This document shows positions 32,082 to 43,128 of a DNA stretch of 64,000 bases, piece by piece; positions within the stretch are counted from its first letter, which is position 1, and each line of letters opens with the position of its first letter. The DNA is from Opitutales bacterium. Its GTDB lineage: Bacteria > Verrucomicrobiota > Verrucomicrobiia > Opitutales > UBA2987. Where the stretch lies: positions 366,258 through 430,257 of the forward strand of contig CBDDEL010000010.1 in the NCBI GenBank assembly GCA_965226885.1, given 5' to 3'. A program made the position numbers and the translations under genes. The notes under the pieces were generated by a model that was given only the letters and a program-made list of their open reading frames with translations, ran no database searches and was not told the origin of the DNA.

Positions 32082-33563
32082 CTAGGCCGCCGCTTTGGTT
32101 TTTAGTTCGTCTTGCTGGGCCAGCATCTTGGCTACTTTCCATAGGTTGTGCGAGAGTACCGACCAGGCTACGCTGATCGAGCGGTTGGCAAAGCCTTTGC
32201 TGCGCAACCGCCCGGCCTGCCAGCGATTCTTCAATACCCCGATCCGCCCTTCGGTGCTGGCCCGGCGCTTTTGCAATTGTCTGAACAGTGGTTCCTCCAT
32301 CCGTTTTTTCAACTGCTTCGGATCGCGTGGACAGAGCGCGTCGTAGATTCCCTCCTGGGCTAACTGCCGGCGGGCCCGCTGGGAGGCAAATCCCCGGTCC
32401 GCGCACATGGCCGCTATGGGTTCTTCCAGGTTGAAGCGGTTCTGTCTTTGCAAACTCTCTTGCATTTGTTCATTTTCGCTTGGAGTTCGGCTGCCGTAGA
32501 GTTTCCAGTCCAGCAGGTACCCTTCAACGCTTTCTCCCAAAAACAGGGTGTTGCCGAACTCGACCTCTTGGCCCGCTTTACCTCGCACAATCACCTGCCC
32601 ATCGAGTTCGTAAACACTCAAGACTTTCTCTGCGTTTTTCACCTGGCGGCCGCCAATGATCCGCTCGTGCGCCTGTTTGATGACCACCGGGATTTGCTCG
32701 CTCATGCGCTCCATCCGGGCGAGGATCTGTTGGACCTGTTTTTCGCTGTAATCGCTTTGCTCCCAGCAGGCTTGCAATAATTCCCGGTGACTGCGGGCAT
32801 GCTCCCCGATCCGTTTGAGCAGCTTTTTCATCTGCCTCAAGATACCCTTGCGCTGCCGCGCGCTGTCCTTTCGCCGCCGGCTGTGGGTCATCTGTATGCA
32901 CAGCCGATTCATCTGCCGAGCCAAGGGCTCCGGTTCGATCGGCATGCGATGCCGCAAACCGGCCTTCTCGCGGATCAGCCGGATCGCTTTGAGCAACGTG
33001 CCGGCTACATCCTTGAGTAATACCCAGTCCGTCGGCCAATGAATGTTAGCCTCCAAACAGGTGCCGTCGATCAGGCAAATGGTGGTGTCAATCGGCTTGT
33101 CCAATCCCACCTGCCGGGCCAGAAGGGCATCGCCCACCACCTCAGTCAAGGTCCGGTGCAAGGCCCTCAACTGCTCTTCGCTGAAAAACTTCGAGGCCCC
33201 CTCCAGGGTGCTTTTGGAGATGCCCCTGATGCCATCGATCTGCCGGACACGGCAAAAGTCGGCCAACAGATCGCTGCTGCCCAGAGCCCGCGACAAATGC
33301 CGAAACGAAATCCCTCCGAGCAGACGGCCCAGCGTATCCATGCGCAGTGCCTTGATGGCAAAACTGGCCCGCTGCCGCCGGGCCTTTAGACCCATTGGCG
33401 GCCACCCCTCCAAGGCCAGCTCAATGGCCTGCGATTCCACCTCCGAGTCGATCAGCAGCCGATCGATTCGATCAATGGTGGCGCGGAAGTTATCGTAATC
33501 GAGGCACCGGTCGACCACAGTTAAAGCTGGACGCAGGAGGCATTGGATGGCTATATTTTTCAT
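32082..33563 (-). CDS. ISA transposase
   Basis: 493 aa, intact; its stop codon lies in the CTAG next to the IS1380 IR. Confidence 0.9.
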   Translation of the reverse strand: MKNIAIQCLLRPALTVVDRCLDYDNFRATIDRIDRLLIDSEVESQAIELALEGWPPMGLKARRQRASFAIKALRMDTLGRLLGGISFRHLSRALGSSDLLADFCRVRQIDGIRGISKSTLEGASKFFSEEQLRALHRTLTEVVGDALLARQVGLDKPIDTTICLIDGTCLEANIHWPTDWVLLKDVAGTLLKAIRLIREKAGLRHRMPIEPEPLARQMNRLCIQMTHSRRRKDSARQRKGILRQMKKLLKRIGEHARSHRELLQACWEQSDYSEKQVQQILARMERMSEQIPVVIKQAHERIIGGRQVKNAEKVLSVYELDGQVIVRGKAGQEVEFGNTLFLGESVEGYLLDWKLYGSRTPSENEQMQESLQRQNRFNLEEPIAAMCADRGFASQRARRQLAQEGIYDALCPRDPKQLKKRMEEPLFRQLQKRRASTEGRIGVLKNRWQAGRLRSKGFANRSISVAWSVLSHNLWKVAKMLAQQDELKTKAAA

Positions 33564-33922
33564 AGAAAGGGCTATATTGATTTTCGCTAACTCAATTATA
33601 GAACCCTTTTTTGGCCGGATCGAGCAAAAACTTGCTCTTTCCGGCTCTTTTTATCAACGTCATCCAGTTGACTATAAAATCTTTATATTTTTGGGACAGC
33701 CTCTACCACAGCCTCTACCCTATGTTAAAAATAATCCCTCTTCCAAAATCCACAAAAATCCCCTCGAATGCACCACTAAAACCTGATTTTTGGGCATTTT
33801 CAGCAGGTGATTGGCACAAAGCTATAATAAAGGAGTATTCTTTCTAATTCTCATCGGTTTAGAAAGCCAATAACCCATTTCATGTTTCATGCATAACGAC
33901 AAGGTTCAGCAGAGAGCTTTTA

Positions 33923-34417
33923 TCACTTACGAGCAGAACGAATCAATTCCGCCACTTCTTTCATTCCATTTTTTTCAAGGTATTTGATAAATACAGCCCA
34001 TGGAGGGATATTGCTACAATATGATGAAGACCCAGTGTATAAGCCACCCCCAGGGCCAGTATAAAGACCACCTCCGGGACCGGTGTATAAGCCACCACCG
34101 GGACCAGTGTATAAGCCACCTCCGGGACCGGTATAAAGACCACCTCCAGGACCGGTGTATGCGCCACCACCAGGACCAGTGTAAAGACCACCTCCGGGAC
34201 CGGTGTATAAGCCACCTCCAGGACCGGTGTATGCGCCACCACCAGGACCAGTGTAAAGACCACCTCCGGGACCGGTGTATAAGCCACCTCCAGGGCCGGT
34301 GTATTGATCTCGTGGCCAAGTATTTTCAGGGCACGCTGCAAAAGCAGACGACATAAAAGTTAAACAGAACCAAATTGCGCTTATAAGTTTTAGTCTTTCC
34401 ATAGACATAAAATACAT
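33923..34417 (-). CDS. Secreted glycine-rich repeat protein, (YTGPGGG[L/A])x11
   Basis: Signal peptide-like MERLKLISAIWFCLTFMSSAFA; 24-nt repeats vary mainly at third codon positions; start uncertain. Confidence 0.8.
   Translation of the reverse strand: MYFMSMERLKLISAIWFCLTFMSSAFAACPENTWPRDQYTGPGGGLYTGPGGGLYTGPGGGAYTGPGGGLYTGPGGGLYTGPGGGAYTGPGGGLYTGPGGGLYTGPGGGLYTGPGGGLYTGPGGGLYTGSSSYCSNIPPWAVFIKYLEKNGMKEVAELIRSARK
34032..34303. repeat. Coding 24-bp tandem repeat, about 11 units
   Basis: CCGGTGTATAAGCCACCTCCAGGA-like units without spacers. Confidence 0.9.
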
Positions 34418-34738
34418 AAAATTCCTATTTCCGGGTCCGAGCCTTGCCAGACGTCCGAGCCTTGCCAGACCTTTGCTCACCGCAAGGGTCGATGCCGTGT
34501 AGGCTTCGATCTTTTCCTTTAAATCAATGATTTTCTTAACTTTTGGCTTTCCCATCATTCTTCCTCCTTCGGTCGATTATATTGCAGGCAGCGTTTACGC
34601 TGCCCGTGATTGGGTACCATAAAATTTGGGCCGAATTTTGCAAGTAAATCTGCCGATGGGGCCAATTCAGTGGTTCATTACCCCTTTTCGTTCATTCTCA
34701 TTCTGGGTATTCACCCCTTCCGCCCTTTCTGGACAAGA

Positions 34739-35036
34739 TCAGGCAACAGGAAGCAGAACTTGGAAGCAGAACTTCAAAAAGCTGATAATCCAGACGAACC
34801 AGGAGATGTAAACGAGGTATTTTGGCGTCAGGCTCATCCCACCAAGCAAAATCACTGAAATTGCCATTGCCTGACCGCAGATGCTCATTGCCAGTTCCTT
34901 CGCCCATCGGGGAATGCGCTTCGATAGCTTGCCCTTGCCAAAATCACGGATGTAGTAAGCCATGAGGCACACAATCCCGGACAATGCCCCCAGGACTATC
35001 AGGAACGCCGCCAGCTTGTAATTCAGACCTGATGAA
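34739..35036 (-). pseudogene. Small membrane protein, probably damaged (13-bp duplication at 34749-34774)
   Basis: Three hydrophobic stretches; start not clear. Confidence 0.4.
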
Positions 35037-35552
35037 TTACTTGTCGTTTTCTATGCAATTCTCCAACCAGTGCGTTGGGTCAATCGGCAATGAACTGAAT
35101 AATGCATAGAGTTCGACAGTCAGCCTGAGCGGTGATGCTGCAGTGACTTTAGCAAATACTTCACCAGCCTCAAGAGTTTGCCCTTCTTTTACCACAACAC
35201 TGCCTGGGTCTAACCCCCAAAATACTATCTTCTTTTCATTGTCCTGCAAGGTAACTTCTGGGAAAACATCATATTCTCCATTAGTAGGATTAAACTTCTT
35301 TTCATCCCTAATAGCAACGACCTGCGCTGGGAAGGGTGCATTAACTCTATAGGGATCGCCTGTGTCGAGATCGGGCAAACTAACCGAAACACCTGAAAAA
35401 TTGACAGCACTCGGCACAATAACTAAAGTATTATCGCATTGCAAAACCTTATGCCACTGCTTTCCGAGCCCAAGATGAGTTGCATCAGGCCGCAGTAACA
35501 ACATTGATTTTAAATTCCTTTTAGAATTCGCAGCTATGTTTTTTGCGTTCAC
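35037..35552 (-). pseudogene. 3' part of a gene with a degenerate M23-peptidase-like domain; 5' part probably at 39635-39798
   Basis: APFPAQVV..GLDPGSVVVKEGQTLEAGEVFAKV..IDPTHWL pattern; abuts the IS1380-B left end. Confidence 0.5.
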
Positions 35553-35616
35553 CCCATATTTCCCATTTCATCATAAGAAAATTAGCTTGAAATAAGCGCT
35601 ATGTGTTTAATAATAA

Positions 35617-36418
35617 GGTAGTGTATTAAGTAGGAATGGTGGCTAATTCTTGATTATATTGATGAATGAAAAGTCTCAGACAGGTTTCATGCATACTCTT
35701 AAGCTTGGAAAAGGAGAGGGTTTTGCGTGTGAAACGACCCAGTCGTTGGCGCAGGGTATTGTTCCATCGTTCCACATGGGCCGTTTCACCGGTTTCTTTT
35801 CCCACGGATCGGTTATGAGGAAAGACTTCATCATAAGTGCTCCAAAAGTCGCTGTAGGTGGCACATCTTTTGTAGGCCCGTGGCAGACGCTCGTAAAGTT
35901 CCCGGCAACGATACCAATCCCGAGGCCCAATGGCATAGGAGAGGATTTGACGGGTGCGTCGGCAAAGAGCGATCCAAACCCATTGGGCATCGCTCTTGCG
36001 CCCCACAAAAGACCACAGTTCGTCCAGTTCAATGACATCATGGCGGCGGGCCGCAAGAATCGTGCTTTTGAGCGGTCGCAGCGATTGTCGTTTTTTTTAA
36101 CCAACTCAAAACGGTGTTGGGACTCACCCCGAAGGCGCGCTGTAAACCGCGTAGACTGCTGCGTTCCTGATAGACTCGAAGGATCATTTCTTTTTGCTCT
36201 TCGGTGTATTTCACTGTGGGGTTTTCGCGGCTTTGTTTACCACAATCATGGCAGCGGTAGCGCTGTTTATGGTTGGGCGTCTTGCCAAATTTAATGATAT
36301 TTTCACTTCCACAGTGCCGACAATTAATAATTTTAGTAACCATGCACTAAGAATAAACTGCCTAACGCTATTTGTACAGCTAAAAATACAAAATAACATT
36401 CTTTTTTTATACACTACC
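35617..36418 (-). mobile_element. IS1-family element A
   Basis: Matches 17744-18545; TSD AATAATAA. Confidence 0.93.
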
Positions 36419-36468
36419 AATAATAAGTTACTTAAATATACTTATAACGAGCAAATTCTTAAAATCCA

Positions 36469-39377
36469 ATGGGTGACGCAAAAAAGAGCAGTTTTCGGGT
36501 TCAATTCAACCGCCGAATCAAGTTGGAGTTCCACGGTGCGAAGGTTACCAGTGATGCAGGATTGTTACTCTACCGGGAACTCGATGAGGCTTTCGGGCTG
36601 ACTGCAATAGGAAGCAAAAATGTGGTGGAGGAGCGCACGGGCAAAAATATCCAGCACGGCAGAACGGCTCTGCTTCGGCAGTCTGTCTTTAGTCGCCTGG
36701 CAGGATACAAAGATACGAACGATGCGGAGCGACTGCGCTTTGATCCGGTCATGAGGCAGATTGTCGGGGGTCGTGCCGATTGGCAACCGGCGGCTTCGCC
36801 CAGTGAAATGAGCCGCTTTGAAACACAGATGTTAACCAAGCCTGCGAATCTGAGCGCACTGATGGACATGAGTGGTCAATGGATCGACCAGGTGAATAGG
36901 CGAGTGGGGATGAAAAAATTGATTCTCGATATGGATAGTTCGGAGAGCCCTACTTACGGGAAGCAGGAAGGCTCGGCCTTCAACGGTCATTTCGGCTGCA
37001 CCTGTTACCATCCCCTGTTCTGCTTCAACCAGTTTGGTGATCTGGAACGGGCCAACCTGCGTAAAGGCAATGTGCACAGTGCCGACGATTGGTTGTCGGT
37101 GCTCCAACCGGTCGTTGCCCGCTATCGTGACTGTCCCCTGAAACGATTTTTCCGAGGTGACGCAGCCTTCGCCAATCCGGACCTCTACGGTTACCTTGAG
37201 CAAGAGAACTTCTCCTATGCCATTCGGCTGCAGAGCAACACGATTTTACAAAAACATATCGCCCCTTTACTCACTCGGCCAGTGGGGCGACCCTCGTGGG
37301 CACCCAAGGTGTTTTATGCCAGTTTTCCGTATCAAGCCGCTAGCCCGGATATTTCATGAAGGGTAAAGTTTGGCTCGTTATTGCTATTGGAGATGGATTT
37401 CTTTGTATTTTGAGCAGATCGTCTTGATTTTTAGGTGTTTTTCAGGGTGTAGAGACACTGCCCCCTTTCCCCCATTGGTTCGGTAGTGCCGGGGGCAGCA
37501 CCAATGCACCCTTTAGGTTGGCACCAATCGGCGGGCCGCATGGTTGAAAAGACTGGCCCAAGGATAACTCTCACTTAGGTGAAAGTGAATCGTTCGGGTG
37601 TTGCGCACGATGACCGCTCCGATCTTGATTAATTTGAGCCGCAGGGTGTGGCATTGGGCCCGCGCCCACTTCGTCCCTTTTAAGGCTAACCGGCGCATGG
37701 CTTCCATCAAGGTGTAGGCCAGCGCCGACAAGAGCAATCGCCACTGATTGGCCCACCATTGATGGGCGCTGGTGCGCTCGCTGAACAATTGCATCTGTTC
37801 CTTGATTCGGTTCTCCATTTCACCGCGGCCACAGTATACCTTGTCGTAAAGCTCCTGGGGATCGCCCGGCAGGTTCGTCACCACGAAGCGCGGGTTGGAC
37901 CCCTGTGCGGTGTGTTCGGCTTTATGGATGACCAACCGCAGCCATCGCCACGAATCGGCAGCATAGACGAAGTCCTGGAATAACCGTTGTTTTTTGCCCC
38001 TTAGTTCGAACCATTCTTTGGCCTGCTTTTGCAACTGCTGGGCGTCTTGCTGCAAGCGTGCATTGCGAGCCATCCCCACGATGTAACTAACTTCGTTGCG
38101 GTCGCACCAAGAGGGTATCCGGTCTCGACAAAATCCACTGTCGGCGCGCCAAATAATCCGCGTACGGGGCCAGCTTTGGCGAATCCGTTTAACCAGCAAT
38201 TTGAGGATGGCCCCGGCATGCTTGCTGGCATCGATCTTGCTCGGCCGCAGGTAGGCCACCAGCAGCTGATCACCGCAAAAAACATATAGCGGCAGAAAAC
38301 AGTAATGATCATAATAACCGTGGAAAAAACGTCCCTCCTGGAGCCCGTGCACCGGAGTGTCGGTGGCGTCAAAGTCCAGGATGATCTCTTCGGGTTCCTC
38401 GGCAAAGGAGCCCATGAACTGTTCGACCAACAGCTCGTTTACTGCAAAGGCCGCCCGCCGATCCTGCCCGTTTTCAAAACGACACAAAGTCGGCGCGCTG
38501 GCCAACGTTTCAATGCGCCCCGTTACCGTTTGCAACAATGGATCGTGGCGCAGGGTATCAAAGTCGTTCAAATCCTCATAGCCCGCCACCAGCCCGTAAA
38601 CGCGCTGCCGCAGCATCCCCAATACCTCATGGCGTACTTTGCCCTTCTGCCGTTTGTCCACTAACTGTCGGGCCGCTCGTTCGGTCAAGCCCAACTGCCG
38701 AACCACTTCCCGGATCAAAAGCAGTCCGGCATCCGAAGTAACCTCTCCGCCCTTGAAATCAACCCGCACACGGCGGCCTTTTACCCTTGTCAACTGTAGC
38801 TTTAATTGTTTACCTTTTGTCATCGCTGATATTGCTTTAATTATTGATCTATCCTGCTGTATATCAGCAGTTAAGCATATCAACGATACTTTTTTTACGA
38901 AATATCCGGGCTAGTTGGCAGAGACCTCGCCGGGTGGTGGCCAAGGTCGAGTGGCAGGCCGGAGAGTTATTTGCGCGGGTCGGTTTCATCGTGACAAATC
39001 TGAACTGGCCACCCAGGAAGGTAGTGAAATTTTACAACCACCGGGGCACCGCAGAGCAGTGGATCAAAGAGGGCAAACATGCCATCCACTGGACCCGCTT
39101 GTCCTGCCATGACTTTGAGGACAATGCCGTTCGGCTTCAGCTCTTCGGCTTAGCCTACAATCTGGGCAACTTCATGCGCCGGTTGATTCTTCCTGGCAAG
39201 GTGAAGCACTGGATGCTGAGCTCTTTGCGGGAGAAACTCATCAAAATCGGAGCAAAGGTGATCCACCATGCCAAGTATATCACTTTCCAGATGGCTGAGG
39301 TGGCCATCCCAAGAGAAATGTTTCGAACCATGCTCAAGCGAGTAGAGCGACTGCGACTCGCACCTGATACGGGGTGA
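36469..39377 (+). pseudogene. IS1380-B transposase split by IS1380-A
   Basis: LDMDSS..YGKQEG, RGDAAFA, then YQAA-SWQRPRRVV..YNHRGTAEQWIKEGK. Confidence 0.9.
37344..38910 (-). mobile_element. IS1380-A complete copy (transposase 37513-38883)
   Basis: 1567 bp; TSD CTAG. Confidence 0.94.
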
Positions 39378-39864
39378 GTAAGAAGATTTTTCGATACAAA
39401 AGGAATCAGTGCTGTGGAAACCTCCTGCTGTGGAAACCTCCAACAGAAGGAAATATCTTTCCCTGATTTGACCAAGCAAAGGGAAAATCAGCAATAATTG
39501 TTAAATACTGCCGATTTGATCATCAAATAACCAAGGAAAGGATTGCAAAATCACATTGAAAGCAGAAAATTGGATCGAAATATTAGAAAGTAGCTATTTT
39601 CAACGATTACGAATGTTCATATGGGAAATCTCGGTTTACACGGCATACTGAAACAATGGGGTTAATTAAACCATTGCTAAATTTGTAAACAGTAAGTAAA
39701 TTGAGAATTGAATGAGCCCTAATGGGAAAGTATGAATCCTCTGCCAATGTATCCGCTACCGAGCCAAGAACCTCTCTCCAAATTGATTTGCAATCCAAAT
39801 CTCCTTGCTTGCATGATTGTCGGCGCCTAATAACCCAGCGCTAACAATTCCCCCACACCAACCC

Positions 39865-42800
39865 ATGTTTAATAAACAGATTCTGCGGCAATGCATCTTT
39901 TCATTGCTCGTCGTAATCTTTTGTTTTTCAACCACATCCACTCGATCGGCGGAAATCAAGGGGAGCACCCTGAATTCCGCAGACGGACTGTTCCTGGAGG
40001 GTGTTCGTATCTCGATTGAGGGCACAGGTATTGTTATTTTCTCGGAACGAGGGGGAAGCTTCGTCATCAGAAACCTGAAACCGGGCGATTACACCCTGAA
40101 AGCCACCTACATCGGGTATCCCGTTTACACTCAAAGCGTTAATATTCCCAATCAGGAATCTTCGATCCGTATCACCATCGATTATGCGGCGGATGATATT
40201 GTCGAGCTGGAGACCTTCAAGGTCGAAGGCTCGCTCGTCGGCCAGGCCAAGGCGATCAATCTGCAGCGATCGGCGGACAACATTGTGAACGTGGTCTCGT
40301 CCGACGCCATCGGGCAGTTTGTGGACCGTAACGCGGCGGAAGCGCTCCAGCGCCTGCCCGGCATCTCCCTCGAGGAGAGCCAGGGGGAGGGAAAATTTAT
40401 CATCATTCGCGGCGCGGATCCAACTTTAAACGCTGTGACCATCGACGGCGTAAACTTGGCTACGCCCGAGGAGGACGGTCGCTCGGTAGCTCTGAACATC
40501 ATCTCCACCGACCAGCTCGAACGGATCGAGTTGGTGAAATCCTGGCTGCCGGATAAAAGCGGTAACGTGATCGGCGGAACGGTCAACCTGGTGACGCGCA
40601 GCGCGCTGGACCGCGGAGCGCGCTTTGCTTCTGTTGAGGGGGCTTTCACAAAGCACACCATTGCAGCCGGCGACAGCTATCGGTTCAACGCCACTTATGG
40701 GGATATTCTCGGTAAGAAAGAGAATATCGGTATTCAGATTTCTTACAATCAGTCCGTGGACAATCGCGGATCGGACACGCTGAAGGCAGACACCTGGAAT
40801 ACGCAAACCCGCGCCGACCTGGTGAGTTTTCCCGACGGATTCTATCTGGAGGGCCTGCAGTTCGAGGATCTTACGATTAGGCGCGAACGCACTGGAATCG
40901 GAGGAAAGCTCGAATATCAGCTGGGTGAGAACCATGAGTTCTTCGTGACGGCATCGTTCAACCAGTTCGATGACGACGAGGTCCTGCAGGAAACGCGAGT
41001 CAATATGAGCAATGCTCCCACTTCTTACACCAAACCTCGAAACTTGACGGAAGAATTTGCGTTGGAGCTCGGTCTCGATCTAAACGACCCCGAAGTTATT
41101 ATGCGCCTGTCCGCGTCGTCGGAGGGAAATAAGCTCTCGTTGCTCACGTTTGAAGAGGCGGTGCAATTAAACACCATCGCTTGGGACGCGGAAACGAGAA
41201 ATTACACATTCATCGGACACCTGGCAACGCCCACGAAGAGCTGGCGCAACACGGTTACGAACGACAAGATTCTCACTTTCCAGGCCGGAGGGAAGCATCA
41301 GCTTGGGCAGATTTGGCGTCTTGACTACAAGTTTTACGGTTCCGATGCGGAGAAGAACTGGACGGAACGCAGAGTTACGCTGGAAGCGAGCTCCACCGCA
41401 TTTGAGATCCGCCTCGGAGAGGACGGCTATTTCCCCCAGATAGTAGAGGATCTCACGACAAAGTTGACCGAGCCCGAGCGCTTCCAGTTGAACCGGGAAG
41501 AGGGCTCCGCGGCGGACAACACGTTTTTCAGCAGCGACCAGCGGAAAGGTTTTGAAGTTAATCTGGAGGCCGTTTACCAGATCGGAAAGTCGCCCGCCAA
41601 AACCAAGTTTGGCTTCGCCGCTGATTTTCGCGACAAAGAGTTTATTCGCAACTTCAATCGCTTCGGGAGTATCGATACATCACCTATTCCCCAGCTGACG
41701 CTGGCCGACGACGTGTTCTTCGGGGGAGAACTCGAGACGGGCTTTTTGTCCGGCCGGCCGGAATACGATTTCGGCCCGAGTTTTGACACGGCAGCCGTGA
41801 ATGCGTTTATCGACGATCCGGGGGACGTGACCTTTATCCAGCTCCCGAACGACGTGACCTTCAACGTCACCGACGCGATCTTAAAGAACTACCAGGCGGT
41901 GGAGGATATCAGCGCGGCATTCCTGATGCAGACCCTGGAGGTGAGAGGGTTCAAGATTATCGCCGGGTTTCGCTATGAGAAGACGAAGAATACCTTCACC
42001 ATCAACGAAATTTTGACCCGTCCCGAGGAGCTGCCGTTCTTTGTCTCGCCCGCCTTCTGGAACCGATTGCCCCTGGAAGCATTCTCCCAGTTGACGACGT
42101 CGCAAAGGAGCTATACCCACTTCCTGCCCGCCTTTCATGTCATTAAAAACTTTTCCGAGAATACCAAAGTTAAGGCCTCCATCACCAAGACCATCGGCCG
42201 CCCCAAATTCACCGACCTTGTTCCCCGCGAGATCGTTTCCATAGCAGGAGCCAGATTCGGAAATGATGTGCAGCTCCCCAATTTTAACCTCCAGGCGAGG
42301 GAAGCGACCAACATCGATTTCTCCTTTGAGCGCTATTTCGAGCGCCTTGGCCAGTTTACCGTGAGCGGCTTTCACAAGAAGCTGAAGAACTCGATCTACA
42401 CCGAGTCCCGGATCGTGGATGCCGGGACCGGGGTAGCGCCGGAGTTGGCGGCCAAATACGACAGCCTCGGAGAAGACGTGACCGAGTGGCGGACTACTCA
42501 GATGGTGAACGCGGGTGACGGCGAGCTCTTCGGGGTTGAGGTTGCTTTCGAACGCAAGTTCAACTTCCTCCCTTCCCCCTTTGACGGATTCGGCCTTTCC
42601 TTCAACACCGCTTTTATTGAATCCAAGGTCAAACTCCTGCTCGAAGAGCGCTTCGAGGAGGAGGTGCCTTTATTCAAGCAATCGAGTAGCATGGGCAATT
42701 TATCCGTTTTTTTCGAGAAGTACGGGTTGCTGGTGCGATTGGCGCTGGTATGGCGGGGCCAATACCTGCAAGGCGTTCGCGCCGGCGAGCAGGACATCGA

Positions 42801-43041
42801 CAACCTGACGAAAGAGGATCGGCTGAATCTGACACCTGATGCTCTCGACGTCTATGTCGATGATTTCACCCGGCTCGACCTGACCGTCAAATATCGATTT
42901 CGCAATCATTTCACCTTTTTCTTCGAAGCCACGAACCTGAACGACGAGCCGTTGCGGCGCTATCGGGGCAATACCAGCCGGCTCCATTCGATTCAGTTTA
43001 CGGATACGATTTTTTCAGTTGGAGCAAAATGGAATCTTTAA
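39865..43041 (+). CDS. TonB-dependent receptor with N-terminal carboxypeptidase-regulatory-like domain
   Basis: Signal peptide; plug NAAEALQRLPGIS..IRG..IGGTVNL; C-terminal ATNLNDEP..VGAKWNL. Confidence 0.93.
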   Translation: MFNKQILRQCIFSLLVVIFCFSTTSTRSAEIKGSTLNSADGLFLEGVRISIEGTGIVIFSERGGSFVIRNLKPGDYTLKATYIGYPVYTQSVNIPNQESSIRITIDYAADDIVELETFKVEGSLVGQAKAINLQRSADNIVNVVSSDAIGQFVDRNAAEALQRLPGISLEESQGEGKFIIIRGADPTLNAVTIDGVNLATPEEDGRSVALNIISTDQLERIELVKSWLPDKSGNVIGGTVNLVTRSALDRGARFASVEGAFTKHTIAAGDSYRFNATYGDILGKKENIGIQISYNQSVDNRGSDTLKADTWNTQTRADLVSFPDGFYLEGLQFEDLTIRRERTGIGGKLEYQLGENHEFFVTASFNQFDDDEVLQETRVNMSNAPTSYTKPRNLTEEFALELGLDLNDPEVIMRLSASSEGNKLSLLTFEEAVQLNTIAWDAETRNYTFIGHLATPTKSWRNTVTNDKILTFQAGGKHQLGQIWRLDYKFYGSDAEKNWTERRVTLEASSTAFEIRLGEDGYFPQIVEDLTTKLTEPERFQLNREEGSAADNTFFSSDQRKGFEVNLEAVYQIGKSPAKTKFGFAADFRDKEFIRNFNRFGSIDTSPIPQLTLADDVFFGGELETGFLSGRPEYDFGPSFDTAAVNAFIDDPGDVTFIQLPNDVTFNVTDAILKNYQAVEDISAAFLMQTLEVRGFKIIAGFRYEKTKNTFTINEILTRPEELPFFVSPAFWNRLPLEAFSQLTTSQRSYTHFLPAFHVIKNFSENTKVKASITKTIGRPKFTDLVPREIVSIAGARFGNDVQLPNFNLQAREATNIDFSFERYFERLGQFTVSGFHKKLKNSIYTESRIVDAGTGVAPELAAKYDSLGEDVTEWRTTQMVNAGDGELFGVEVAFERKFNFLPSPFDGFGLSFNTAFIESKVKLLLEERFEEEVPLFKQSSSMGNLSVFFEKYGLLVRLALVWRGQYLQGVRAGEQDIDNLTKEDRLNLTPDALDVYVDDFTRLDLTVKYRFRNHFTFFFEATNLNDEPLRRYRGNTSRLHSIQFTDTIFSVGAKWNL

Positions 43042-43128
43042 TCAAAAAAAATATAGCAATTTATTCCAAATCTTTCTAATATTCATATTCATTAACAAAT
43101 AACCAGGAATAGAAACGGGGAATTACCA

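Larger units (their letters stand above)
28682..33715 (-). mobile_element. Outer ISA copy (transposase 32082-33563) whose downstream end is replaced by IS1380-A
   Basis: TACCCTA at 28675-28681 and 33716-33722 brackets the block; upstream IR ends at 33703, followed by a 12-bp duplication. Confidence 0.75.
35553..39634 (+). mobile_element. IS1380-family element B containing IS1-A and IS1380-A
   Basis: Imperfect IRs CCCATATTTCCCAT / ATGGGAAATCTCGG; flanks TTCAC / TTTAC. Confidence 0.7.

Noticed and set aside
34032..34303. CRISPR array or non-coding repeat
   Set aside because: 24-nt period with third-position variation; it encodes an octapeptide repeat.
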